A stretch of DNA of 64,000 nucleotides from Patescibacteria group bacterium (GCA_023263945.1 JALQTW010000003.1:45202-109201); one strand, 5' to 3'. Shown: positions 51,746-61,223, numbered from the stretch's first letter. Translations and numbers: made by a program. The notes: generated from the letters alone by a model not told the origin.

Positions 51746-52045
51746 TTAGGAGGCTTTAAAGGTAGCGAGATCGAGAGGTTTACTCTTTGGCGCAAGACGG
51801 ACAATCATTCTCTTTTCACGGTGACGCTTTTCCATACTACGACCTGCACCAAGTATTCTCCTTTTGGGAACGGTGCGGAGGACGCGGATGGAGGCGACAT
51901 CGGTGTCATAGAATTTGCGGAGTGCATTCTTCACATCAATCTTGGATGCATGTTGCGAAACACGGAGCGTGTAGATACCGCGTGTCTTCTGCACTTCTGC
52001 TTTCTCTGTCATGACGGGGCCGAGGATGATACGAGAGAGCTCCAT
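51746..52045 (-). CDS. rplW: 50S ribosomal protein L23
   Basis: PVMTEKA, ASKIDVK; position. Confidence 0.92.
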   Translation of the reverse strand: MELSRIILGPVMTEKAEVQKTRGIYTLRVSQHASKIDVKNALRKFYDTDVASIRVLRTVPKRRILGAGRSMEKRHREKRMIVRLAPKSKPLDLATFKAS

Positions 52046-52063
52046 AAGGAAGCTGAAGATGAA

Positions 52064-52810
52064 TTAAGAAGCTGAGGAAGCTGAAGATTTCTTGTTCAAT
52101 GTTTTCTTCGTATTCTTTGTCGTCGTGCTCTTCGTATTCTTCTCCTTTGCATCCTTTGCTTCTCTTCCTTCCTTTCCATCCTTTCTTCCAAACACCTCCT
52201 CCGCCACCTTCACCGCATCCACGAGGAAGACCACATGCTTTGCGAGGAGAAGATCTTCCGGGTTCAAATACTGTGCCGTGATGGTCTTCACGCGTGGAAT
52301 ATTGCGAGCGGAGAGTTCCAGCGAACGATGCTTTTCTGGAAGCACAATGACAATGCGACGACCCAACTCCAATTTCATTTTTGTGAGGAGCTCTGAGAGT
52401 GCCTTCGTCTTCACCGTTTCAGGATAGTTCTCCAGTCCCACGATGGATCCTTCTTTTGCCTTCAAAGAAAGACACGAGAAGAGTGCAGCGCGGCGCATTT
52501 TCTTCGGCATATTTTTCTGGAAGTTTGCATCGTTCCGTGGACCGAATGCTTTTCCACCGCCACGCATCACGGGGCTTCTAATTGGTCCGCGACGTGCGTT
52601 ACCCGTTCCCTTTTGTTGGAAGAGCTTCTTCGTAGAACCAACCACTTCACCGCGCGTCTTCACATGTGCAATAGGATGACGGCGGTTACTTTGCTGACGA
52701 ACAAGCGCCAGGTGCATGAGCCCCTGCTTAATGGGAGCTTCAAACAACGCGGATGGGAGGTCTAAAGACCCCGACTTTGTACCCGATGCTGAATAGATAT
52801 CGATCTTCAT
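52064..52810 (-). CDS. rplD: 50S ribosomal protein L4
   Basis: KTRGEV, QKGTGNAR, GGGKAFGP, SARNIP. Confidence 0.96.
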   Translation of the reverse strand: MKIDIYSASGTKSGSLDLPSALFEAPIKQGLMHLALVRQQSNRRHPIAHVKTRGEVVGSTKKLFQQKGTGNARRGPIRSPVMRGGGKAFGPRNDANFQKNMPKKMRRAALFSCLSLKAKEGSIVGLENYPETVKTKALSELLTKMKLELGRRIVIVLPEKHRSLELSARNIPRVKTITAQYLNPEDLLLAKHVVFLVDAVKVAEEVFGRKDGKEGREAKDAKEKNTKSTTTKNTKKTLNKKSSASSAS

Positions 52811-52812
52811 AC

Positions 52813-53424
52813 TTATTTCTTGGCAGCAGAAGTTTCCACAATCACCGTCACCAGAGAACCGTTTGGTCCTGGAATTGGTCCTTTAATGGCAATGAGTCCC
52901 TCCTTTTCATCCATGGCAACAACCGGACGGTTCTTTAAGGTAATGCGATCATTTCCCATGCGTCCGGCCATACGCTTCCCTGGGTGCACACGTCCTGGCC
53001 ATGTACGCATACCGATGGATCCTGGTTCGCGCTTAAAGTGGGAACCGTGCGTGCGGGGACCTCCGGAGAAATGGTAACGCTTCACGACTCCCTGAAATCC
53101 CTTTCCTTTACTGGTGCTGACGATAGTCACCGTGGAGTCCGCCGGAATGACGGATGCATCCACTTTATTGCCGACTGCAACACCCTCGAGTGTTACGACC
53201 TTAAATTCCTTTTGTCCTTTGAACTTCGTGAGCTCTTTTCCTTTACGTGTCTTCATGGTGTGGGCACCGACTCCCAAGACGACAGCTTCGTAGCCATCCT
53301 TCTCTTTTGTCTTCGTGCGAACGACCTGATTTTCATCAATTTTGAGATACGTGACAGCCACTGCTTCTCCGGTTGGGAGAAACACGCGCGACATGCCGAC
53401 TTTGCGAGCAAGAAGTCCGTTCAT
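52813..53424 (-). CDS. rplC: 50S ribosomal protein L3
   Basis: KVGM, SKGKGFQG, THGS, PGSIG, MAGRMG. Confidence 0.97.
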   Translation of the reverse strand: MNGLLARKVGMSRVFLPTGEAVAVTYLKIDENQVVRTKTKEKDGYEAVVLGVGAHTMKTRKGKELTKFKGQKEFKVVTLEGVAVGNKVDASVIPADSTVTIVSTSKGKGFQGVVKRYHFSGGPRTHGSHFKREPGSIGMRTWPGRVHPGKRMAGRMGNDRITLKNRPVVAMDEKEGLIAIKGPIPGPNGSLVTVIVETSAAKK

Positions 53425-53574
53425 TGGAAGTGTCGTGATCACCGAGTTCGGGAGGTTTCCTTGGCTCCGCTTGTTGATACATGATCAAGGCGGAAAGAAA
53501 CGTGCGCTCAGTGACAAATTAACTAGCCGGGAGATTTTAGAGTGTGGAAATGGGGCGGTCAATATAAAACATGA

Positions 53575-53826
53575 CTATTTATAGGCCCCTTGTCGATGTC
53601 GTACGCGCAAGACAGTCACCGTGACAATTTCTTTATGAATCGTATAGATAATACGATAAGGCCACACACGAAGAGACCACGCACCCTCAAATTCACCCTC
53701 CAGTTTTTTCCCAGAAAATGGATTCTGCCGAAGAATATCAAATGATGCATAGATACGCTTTTGATCTTTTGGCCGAAGATTCATGATTTCTTTTGCTGCC
53801 TTCTTTTTTACTTCTATTTGAAACAT
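53575..53826 (-). CDS. RelE/ParE-family toxin
   Basis: NPFSGKKLEG...WSLRVWPYRIIY...VRHRQGAY. Confidence 0.9.
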   Translation of the reverse strand: MFQIEVKKKAAKEIMNLRPKDQKRIYASFDILRQNPFSGKKLEGEFEGAWSLRVWPYRIIYTIHKEIVTVTVLRVRHRQGAYK

Positions 53827-53829
53827 CTT

Positions 53830-54117
53830 TCAAAGTTTCAGTTTCTTTTTTAAAATATCCAGATTCACAGTGTCCTTCGGACGTTTTCCCGATTTCATTT
53901 CTGCGATTCCGCCAAGAATGTCCTGCCTCATTGTAACGTCTGGATCGGCCATAATTTCCATTGTTTCCATCCAACTTTCAAATTCGTCAATGGACATCAA
54001 AACTCCCTTTGGATGACCTTCGTAGGTGATAACGATGGAAACTCCCGGCGTTTCTACTTCATGCAGAATGGCAAAAAAATTGTTCCTGGCTTCCGATGCT
54101 GTGACTGTTTTGCTCAT
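53830..54117 (-). CDS. Phd/YefM-family antitoxin
   Basis: VTASEARNNF, IVITYEGHPKGVLMS..E; TATAAT 6 nt before ATG. Confidence 0.9.
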   Translation of the reverse strand: MSKTVTASEARNNFFAILHEVETPGVSIVITYEGHPKGVLMSIDEFESWMETMEIMADPDVTMRQDILGGIAEMKSGKRPKDTVNLDILKKKLKL

Positions 54118-54222
54118 ATAGCCATTATAACGTACAATAGGTGTAAGCACAACGACTTTGCGTGGTGGCTTCTTTCATTTGCTCTTGTGAAGTAAAAAAT
54201 TCTGCCTAGGATAGGTGAAAAT

Positions 54223-54483
54223 ATGACTCTGCTTATACATCCAACGAAGGAGATGCCTATCAACGTTATAGAAAGCGAAATCAACAACATGAAAAAGGGC
54301 GCCACTATTGAAAGAAAAAGAGGAGAGGAGGCTCTTGTCGTAAAAAGTCGATCATGGGGAACGCTTGATAGCATTCAATCTCTTCTTGCGAAAAAGGGCA
54401 TTCCCCCAGAAAACATGCAAACAGAACATCCGCGAGAGACGTCGTTTGTTGTGGGAAGAGAAGCCCTTTCAGATGCAGCGTAA
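54223..54483 (+). CDS. Hypothetical protein
   Basis: 86-aa ORF. Confidence 0.5.
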   Translation: MTLLIHPTKEMPINVIESEINNMKKGATIERKRGEEALVVKSRSWGTLDSIQSLLAKKGIPPENMQTEHPRETSFVVGREALSDAA

Positions 54484-54512
54484 GGAGACACGAGGAATGA
54501 TATAATCGTGCT

Positions 54513-55001
54513 ATGAATCCGTACGGTCACATATTTCAGCAATTGAATGAAGCAGGTATTCAATACATCGTCGTTGGTGGCATTGCGATGAATTTGCACG
54601 GATTACCGCGTTTTACGGGTGATATTGATATTCTCCTTGCACTTGATCCACCTAACATCGAAAAAATGTCCATTCTTATGAAAGAGATGGGATATGAAAA
54701 GCGACTACCCGTGACTCTAGAGGAGTTAGGAGATGAAAAGCATGTAGTGCAGCTCATCAAGGAAAAAAATCTCATCGCTTTCACATTCAACGATCCAAAA
54801 AAACCACAAGCCAGTGTGGATATTATTGTTGGTGAATCACTGAAATTTGAGAATTACAAGAAACACCAAGTTCTTATAGGCATGTGGGGCATGCACATAC
54901 CTGTTGTTTCTATTGAAGATTTGATTGGCATGAAACAAGCAACACATCGTCAAAAAGATGCCGAAGACGTTGCTTTTCTGCTAGAATTGAAAGGTCTATG
55001 A
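54513..55001 (+). CDS. Pol-beta superfamily nucleotidyltransferase (DUF6036-like)
   Basis: VVGGIAMNLHG..RFTGDIDI...LIGMK...RQKDAED. Confidence 0.85.
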   Translation: MNPYGHIFQQLNEAGIQYIVVGGIAMNLHGLPRFTGDIDILLALDPPNIEKMSILMKEMGYEKRLPVTLEELGDEKHVVQLIKEKNLIAFTFNDPKKPQASVDIIVGESLKFENYKKHQVLIGMWGMHIPVVSIEDLIGMKQATHRQKDAEDVAFLLELKGL

Positions 55002-55159
55002 AAGAGGATTACGAAGCACTGGCGCGCAGGCAACGGATTCTTGACCTCAAGAAATCAACGCCCGAGCATCGTCTGGACTGGCTTGCAGCGGCTGTGGAAT
55101 TTGCAAACGCTCCGAAGAAGGTTGTGAAGGAGGGGGATGTCAGTCAACAACGCAAGTAA
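54998..55159 (+). CDS. Small partner protein of the nucleotidyltransferase
   Basis: ATGA-coupled 53-aa ORF MKEDYEALARRQRILDLKKSTPEHRLDWLAAAVEF...; below the track cutoff. Confidence 0.6.
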   Translation: MKEDYEALARRQRILDLKKSTPEHRLDWLAAAVEFANAPKKVVKEGDVSQQRK

Positions 55160-55170
55160 ATCCCCTCGTT

Positions 55171-56601
55171 CTAGCAGCGGCCGTTCTCGGCCGCGGCGAT
55201 AATGAATGCGCTTTGCAACTTCTCAGAACTTTGAACCAGATCTCTTTGCAACATTCCAAGAATTCTCTCTTCCATATTTTCCAAAGGAAGCGAATAACGA
55301 TGATATCGTTCGTCCTTCTCTGAAAATGAACATACACCTCCCCCACCAAAATCTTTTACCGGTAAAAGAAAAAATTGATCGAGAAGATTTTTTTCTGAAG
55401 AGACGATTGCAATGCCAAATACATAATCACATGTCCTGAACTCTTCCGAGAGAAGAAAAGTCCATTCCTTTTTAGAAGGTGATGAAACAGTGGTTATGCT
55501 AAAGAGAAAGGGGAAATGTTGGCATAAAGAAAAAACCTGATCCTCATGTATTCCTTTCGCTATAAGAAGGTTTTTCATTTCTTTGAATATACGCATTTTT
55601 GCTTCCTTCAGCGCTTTTTTCCCTGTTTTCCATTTTCCAAGCGCCATCCACAATTTTTCTTGGGCCTTCAGAAAAACATCGTGTTCAATAATGGCAGGGA
55701 ATGTATTTCTTGTGATGATCCAGTCTTGACGGGGATTCACTCTCTTTCCCTGCCTCAATCTGTTCCATGTCTTGTTATATAAGCGTGCACCCGTATATGT
55801 TTCATTCATCAAAATGCGCACGATTTTATCACGATTCCAAAGTCCACCGCATGCCGATGGAATTCCCCGGTCATTTAATACAGAAACGATTTGAGAAAGA
55901 GCAAGATTCTCTGTCACAAACATGCTGAAAATATCGCGAACGACATTCGTAGTTTCGTCATTCAGAGGAACAAACCTCACTCGCTCATTGGCAATTTGTT
56001 TATGTTCACCTTTCTTTAAAAGACGAATTGGCTGCTTATGAACATCAAGCAGTTCCCGTGCCATGCCGTAACATGGCACCCCTCCCGCGGAATATCCTTG
56101 TTCTGATACTTTCACACAGCCATTGAACACCTTGCCACTGAGCTGTCTGCTATACTCTGCCGCCATATAACGTTCGATAGAGGTCTGGAGATGTGCGATC
56201 AGTTGCTGCTCCGCTTTTGGAAAGCCCTTCGAAACGTAGACCACCTTCTTCCCCTGCTGCTTGCAGCGAAACTCATAGTACGCAGCTTCGTCTTGATCTT
56301 GGAATCTGCCCCAACGGGACACATCATAGACAAAGACATAATCGAATGCAGGCGCGTCTTTCTTCAAAACCCAATCCTTAAAGAGATTTGTAAACCCTGG
56401 ACGATCAGCAAGCAGACCCGTCTCCCCCTCATCAAACTCTTCATGAATGATCTCAACACCATGTTCTTGAGCGAATTTTTCTGTGAGTTCGCGTTGGATC
56501 GGGACGGAGTTTTCCTGTTTGTCCTCTGCAGAATGCCGATAGTAAGCAATCGCTCTTTTCGGGTTTTTGCCTGAAGAAAAGAAGAAAGATTTAGCGTCCA
56601 T
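55171..56601 (-). CDS. Large serine recombinase
   Basis: AYYRHS catalytic motif, RPGF, YDVSRWGR, MAAEYSRQLS, GG..CYG, recombinase domain ETYTG...PAII. Confidence 0.9.
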   Translation of the reverse strand: MDAKSFFFSSGKNPKRAIAYYRHSAEDKQENSVPIQRELTEKFAQEHGVEIIHEEFDEGETGLLADRPGFTNLFKDWVLKKDAPAFDYVFVYDVSRWGRFQDQDEAAYYEFRCKQQGKKVVYVSKGFPKAEQQLIAHLQTSIERYMAAEYSRQLSGKVFNGCVKVSEQGYSAGGVPCYGMARELLDVHKQPIRLLKKGEHKQIANERVRFVPLNDETTNVVRDIFSMFVTENLALSQIVSVLNDRGIPSACGGLWNRDKIVRILMNETYTGARLYNKTWNRLRQGKRVNPRQDWIITRNTFPAIIEHDVFLKAQEKLWMALGKWKTGKKALKEAKMRIFKEMKNLLIAKGIHEDQVFSLCQHFPFLFSITTVSSPSKKEWTFLLSEEFRTCDYVFGIAIVSSEKNLLDQFFLLPVKDFGGGGVCSFSEKDERYHRYSLPLENMEERILGMLQRDLVQSSEKLQSAFIIAAAENGRC

Positions 56602-56992
56602 AGAGAAGAGGTCGCAAAGAAAGTAATGCATCGGAAACATAGATGATACGTTTATCGAATTGGGCACAGAGAAGTTCGCATTCCTGTATAATTTGAGAAG
56701 ATCTTCCCCATCGCGAAACATGATCGAGGAGGACGATATCAAACGAAGGTACATCTTTTTTTAGGATCCAATTTTGGAAAAGACATGTGCGACCTGGGAG
56801 TTGTGACGCAATACCACTTTGTCCATGATCTTCTTCCTCATGCAAAATTTCGATATTGCTGAGGCGTGCAAACATACGGATCCTTTCCTTCTGCTGATCT
56901 AAAGAACCCGGAATATCCATGGCAGATCGATAGTATGCGATCGCACGTTTTTGCTCTGAATGATCCATAAAAGGGAGATAGGTGGTAAGCAT
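56591..56992 (-). CDS. Resolvase catalytic-domain-only paralog of the downstream recombinase
   Basis: KRAIAYYRSA...IEILHEEED.G.SG...F..WILKKD.P.FD...VSRWGR, colinear with the N-terminus of 55171..56601. Confidence 0.75.
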   Translation of the reverse strand: MLTTYLPFMDHSEQKRAIAYYRSAMDIPGSLDQQKERIRMFARLSNIEILHEEEDHGQSGIASQLPGRTCLFQNWILKKDVPSFDIVLLDHVSRWGRSSQIIQECELLCAQFDKRIIYVSDALLSLRPLLYGR

Positions 56993-56993
56993 A

Positions 56994-57884
56994 TTAGGAT
57001 TGGGAAAGAGGAAATTTCTGCATTAAAAAATCACGCAATTGACGGTAGGTGCCTGTCTCTTGTTCTGGGATAATCCGTCCTTCCTGAAAAATCTTTCCAA
57101 GCTCCTGAAGGAGTTTTTCCACAAGGAGAGAAGGCCCGGATTGGACAGTTTTTAAATCCAGTTCATCAACGGTCATATCTGGATTTGTTAAAAACTCATG
57201 AAGTTCATTTTCATTGAGATGAGCTCGTAAGAAAATTTTCCGCAATTGACGGAAAGATTTTGCATTTTTAATAACACCATGTTTTATCTTCTCGAACAGA
57301 ATTGTTGGAATATCTTCAGCTTCAATATCTTTTATTCTTCGTATCTTCGGCTTCAAACGAAGAAATTCAACACGGTATGTATCTTGTAATTTATATCCTT
57401 CCATGAGACCAATGTTCTCCAGAGATTGGTCACGCAATTTCAAAGAAAAATGCACTAAAGTAGTTGAAATACCGACCGATTCAGCAACCTCTCTATTCGA
57501 TTTAAAACCGTTTTCTCTTTTTATAGTATGCAATGCTTCTGATCGTTCCATAGGCTTCCATTCTCTTCGATTATTCTGTATTTGAAAGCGACGTATTTCT
57601 AATTCACCTTTTGGAAGTTTGGTGTGTACCCGACAAGGAACTGTCTTAAAGCCTAATTTCTTTGCGGCTTTATGTCTGCGGTGGCCGTCAATAATTTTGT
57701 ATCGATTTTCCTCTTCCTGAAGCACAACTAATGCTTGTTCTATACCGATTGCTTTGAGTGAATTAAGGAGACGTGTGTTATCACATTCATCACCCTGAGC
57801 ATTATGCTCTTGTCGAGGTTGAGAAGGATCTCTCTCTAATTGCTCGAGAGGTAAATCCATGTAGATAGTGGCTGATTCCGCCAT
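56994..57884 (-). CDS. ParB/Srx-domain protein with HTH
   Basis: DPSQPR, GIEQALVV, IIDGHRRHKA, QNNRREW, EVAESVGISTTLV. Confidence 0.88.
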   Translation of the reverse strand: MAESATIYMDLPLEQLERDPSQPRQEHNAQGDECDNTRLLNSLKAIGIEQALVVLQEEENRYKIIDGHRRHKAAKKLGFKTVPCRVHTKLPKGELEIRRFQIQNNRREWKPMERSEALHTIKRENGFKSNREVAESVGISTTLVHFSLKLRDQSLENIGLMEGYKLQDTYRVEFLRLKPKIRRIKDIEAEDIPTILFEKIKHGVIKNAKSFRQLRKIFLRAHLNENELHEFLTNPDMTVDELDLKTVQSGPSLLVEKLLQELGKIFQEGRIIPEQETGTYRQLRDFLMQKFPLSQS

Positions 57885-58057
57885 ATATAAGAGGAGAAAA
57901 AAATAAATGAATGATGGTCTCTTGTAAGCCGAACGGGGCGAGAGCGACCATCATTGGCTACATCGCTCGTTGGGCTTCAAGAGTTTTCACCCTATGCAAA
58001 AAGGGCAAAAAAGCACAACCCATGGGTCTTTATTGCGTAAATAGAAAGAGTATTGTA

Positions 58058-58107
58058 TAATTATTTTATCTCGGCATCTGCAAACGTTAGCCGAGATAAA
58101 ATAATTA
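58058..58107. repeat. 18-bp perfect inverted repeat at the native/foreign boundary
   Basis: taattattttatctcggc-14 nt-gccgagataaaataatta. Confidence 0.85.
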
Positions 58108-58167
58108 ATATTTCTGTCAATCAATTGTAATGGTTCAATACCTTCGCATCACCTGCGTACGCTGCCA

Positions 58168-58491
58168 ATGTTCACGGTTCCGCTTGCCGTAGCCGGCTGG
58201 CTGGAGGGTATTGACCACCTGGGTGACGTCGGAAACGTTCTGCTCCAAGAGCACATTCTGGCCGACCTACATCAAGACATCGTGATCAACGTGCGGCGGG
58301 CGGAGCCAGGTGCGACACGTGAATACCTCAAACTTATCTTGACGATCATCGACGAAATCCGCGAACGCGAGTGGACGACCAAGAGAATCCTCGTCGAATT
58401 CGGAGTCAAAGTCGCGCAGGAGGCATACCAGCGCACGATCTTTCACGTCAGCAATCCTGACATCAAACTTCTCCTTCAACTGTGGGATTAG
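58168..58491 (+). pseudogene. Probable 3' fragment of a foreign gene
   Basis: The frame extends back to the GC boundary; no recognisable family. Confidence 0.4.
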
Positions 58492-58588
58492 GAACTGGCG
58501 CGAGAAAAGTTGATCGCCATGTTCAGGAAGCCCCAGCCCGTCCAAGTTGTGTTGGATTGTCCATAGCACCTGTAGACTGCGTGACGTG

Positions 58589-59386
58589 ATGCGCTCCGTT
58601 TCCCTTCGCCGCCAGTTGACCGGTTGGTCCCAGAACGCCGTGGTTCTGGCCCTCGCGCTGTTCGCGTGGGAGTCGTGCGGGGCCATCGGCATGTTTGATG
58701 CGCGCGTCATGCCACGCCCGTCCGTGGCAATTCTGGCCGTAGCCGAACATTGGGAGTCGGGCGAACTATCCCAAGACGTGCTGGCAAGTCTCTGGCGCGT
58801 GTCGGTCGGCTTCGTGATCGGCGGCGCCCTCGGCTTTGGTTGCGGGCTCATCTGCTTGGGCGCGTGGCCACGACGCATCCTGAGCCCGCTCTTGGCGGCG
58901 ATCCAAGGAATTCCTTTAATGGCCTGGATCCCGATCGCCATTCTGTTCTTTGGGTTGGGAGATGGGCCGGCATTTTTCTTGGTGAGCTTGGGCGTCTTTT
59001 TTCCCACCTTCAGCGGCACGTATCTGGGGTTCTCCTCGGCGGAGCGAACCTACAGTTTGGCTGCACAAACATTGGGCTTCTCGTGGTGGCAAACCATTTG
59101 GCTGGTGACAATTCCCCAGGCCCTGCCCTCCATATTCTCCGGACTGCGGGTGGGAATGGGCGTGGCCTGGATGGCGTTGGTGACGGTGGAGCTGATCGCC
59201 GTCCAGTCCGGGCTCGGCTATCTGCTGCAGATTAGTCGATCGCAGCTCCAAACGGACGTCGTGGTCGGCGTGATGGGCGTCGTCGGTGGACTCGGGATGC
59301 TGAGCATTGGATTGATACGAATGGCGGAACGCGCGCTGCTGCCATGGCGGTTTACAGGCCGAGAAACGCTTCCGAGCCAGTCATGA
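58589..59386 (+). CDS. ABC transporter permease, NitT/TauT/SsuC family
   Basis: ASLWRV, IPLMAWIPIAILFFGLG, IPQALPSIFSGLR, ELIAVQSGLG. Confidence 0.92.
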   Translation: MRSVSLRRQLTGWSQNAVVLALALFAWESCGAIGMFDARVMPRPSVAILAVAEHWESGELSQDVLASLWRVSVGFVIGGALGFGCGLICLGAWPRRILSPLLAAIQGIPLMAWIPIAILFFGLGDGPAFFLVSLGVFFPTFSGTYLGFSSAERTYSLAAQTLGFSWWQTIWLVTIPQALPSIFSGLRVGMGVAWMALVTVELIAVQSGLGYLLQISRSQLQTDVVVGVMGVVGGLGMLSIGLIRMAERALLPWRFTGRETLPSQS

Positions 59387-60168
59387 CGGAATCGCTCCCA
59401 CTTTTGCAGGTTGACGACTTGTGCTTCGCCTACGCGGCGACGGACGGCTTAGCGCGCTTGCCCGTCCTGACGAACATTTCGCTGCGCGTCGCTCCTCAAG
59501 AGATTGTCGCCATCGCAGGCCCCAGCGGTTGCGGAAAGACGACCCTCCTGCAATTGCTCGCCGGCCTGATACCACTCCAAAGGGGCACGATCCGGACTAC
59601 GCCAGAGACCATTTCACGGGCGGGCGGGACTTGGAGTACCCTCGTGCTCCAGGAATTGGGCCTGTTCTACTGGATGACGACGCTCGACAACTTGACCGTG
59701 ACGCTGCGCGTGCGCGGCGTACCCAAATCCCAGCGCACGAAGCAGGCGGAAGAACTCCTCGCGGAAATGGGACTGGCGGGCTTCGAACGACATTTTCCGC
59801 ATCAGCTCTCCGGCGGCATGCGGCAGCGTTTGGCCTTGGCGCGTGGGCTGGCGACGGCCGCGCCCCTGATCTTGTTGGATGAGCCGTTCTCTCATTTGGA
59901 CCCAGGAACCGACGAGCGGCTGGAGGAGGACTTTCTCCGCCGTGCGCGTGACCACAAGCTGACCGTGGTGATGGTGAGCCATGACGTTCGTCGTATCCTG
60001 CGCATGGCTGACCGAGTCGTCGTGATGGGCCCACGGCCAGCAGGCATACGCGGTGAACTTTACATCGACTTAGAAAGGCCACGCCAGGGCCCTCTGGTAT
60101 ACTCCCCTAGGTTTGTCGCTTTGGAGCAACAGGTATGTCAACTTCTCTCTCCCCCCTTCGCAGGCTGA
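59383..60168 (+). CDS. ABC transporter ATP-binding protein, SsuB/TauB-like
   Basis: GPSGCGKTT, LSGGMRQR, LLDEPFSHLD, VSHD. Confidence 0.94.
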   Translation: MTESLPLLQVDDLCFAYAATDGLARLPVLTNISLRVAPQEIVAIAGPSGCGKTTLLQLLAGLIPLQRGTIRTTPETISRAGGTWSTLVLQELGLFYWMTTLDNLTVTLRVRGVPKSQRTKQAEELLAEMGLAGFERHFPHQLSGGMRQRLALARGLATAAPLILLDEPFSHLDPGTDERLEEDFLRRARDHKLTVVMVSHDVRRILRMADRVVVMGPRPAGIRGELYIDLERPRQGPLVYSPRFVALEQQVCQLLSPPFAG

Positions 60169-61184
60169 GTCGTTTGGGCACCAGCCCAGGCGCTCGCCGC
60201 TTCCTGGGCGCAGCGTTGAGTCTTGTGCTGGTGTTCATGCTCGCGGGCTGTCAAGACGGCGCTGGTTCACCTTCAAACGGGAAGGGCCCGCCACTGCGGC
60301 TGGGGTGGCAACCGCCCTGGGCCAATCAAGGTCAAATCGTGACCGTCCTAAAGACCACCGACCTACTCGCGCACGATGGAATTGCGGTCGAGTATGTTCC
60401 CTTCACCTATGGTGGTCCCATGGGAGAGGCAGCCCTGGCGGGGCGGATTGACATTATGCTGGCGGGTGACCAGCCGGTATTGACCCTCTTGAGCCGCAGC
60501 GATGATTGGCGGATCGTCGCCCGGATGACGAACTATCGCTCGGCGATTCTCGTTCCTTTGCAGTCGCCAGCCACAAGCCTAGAAGACTTGATGGGCATGA
60601 GGATTGCCACGGCCTTTGGTTCGACGACGCATCGCGATTTGATGCGGATGCTGGAAGATGCCGGACTCAAAGACGAGGTTCAAGTAGTCAATGTTGATCA
60701 AGCCGAACAAGCCGGAGTGATCGCGGCCGGTGGCGAGGAAACTTGGGGGGAGCTGGCGGCGATCGCGAGTTACGATCCTACGGTCGCCGCATCCGTGCAG
60801 AAATCGCGGGCCAAAATCCTCAAGGCGTGGGCTTCGCCCGGCTTGGTCGCCGTGCGGCGGGAGATCGTCGAGCAACACCCCGATCTCGTGCGGTCATTCC
60901 TGCGGGCCTATGCTCAGGCGTTTGTCGCGTACGCGGAGACGCCGGAGGTCTTTGACGACCGGTATACGACAGAATCGAGATTGGCGCTCACCGCGGCCGA
61001 CTACCGTGCGATTGCCGCCTTTGAACCGAATATGCAGGCACGGGCGCTGAAAAATGTCAATATCAGACTGACAGAAAAGTTCCTCCAACAACTCGACCGG
61101 AACGCTGATGTGGCCAGGCAACTGGGAATCATCCGGCAAAAGCCCGACCTGAAAAAGATGGCCGACGTCACGTTAGCCCCCTAG
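60135..61184 (+). CDS. ABC transporter substrate-binding lipoprotein, SsuA/NMT1-like
   Basis: Lipobox LAGC; FTYGGP..EA..AG.ID; SLEDL.G.RIA...GST. Confidence 0.88.
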   Translation: MSTSLSPLRRLSRLGTSPGARRFLGAALSLVLVFMLAGCQDGAGSPSNGKGPPLRLGWQPPWANQGQIVTVLKTTDLLAHDGIAVEYVPFTYGGPMGEAALAGRIDIMLAGDQPVLTLLSRSDDWRIVARMTNYRSAILVPLQSPATSLEDLMGMRIATAFGSTTHRDLMRMLEDAGLKDEVQVVNVDQAEQAGVIAAGGEETWGELAAIASYDPTVAASVQKSRAKILKAWASPGLVAVRREIVEQHPDLVRSFLRAYAQAFVAYAETPEVFDDRYTTESRLALTAADYRAIAAFEPNMQARALKNVNIRLTEKFLQQLDRNADVARQLGIIRQKPDLKKMADVTLAP

Positions 61185-61223
61185 AACAATTCGCTGACAA
61201 AATGCCCTGGCAGGTATCAAGAC

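Noticed and set aside
56602-56754. N-terminal extension of the recombinase in the track
   Set aside because: Overlaps the upstream resolvase-like gene; homology starts just after ATG 56601.
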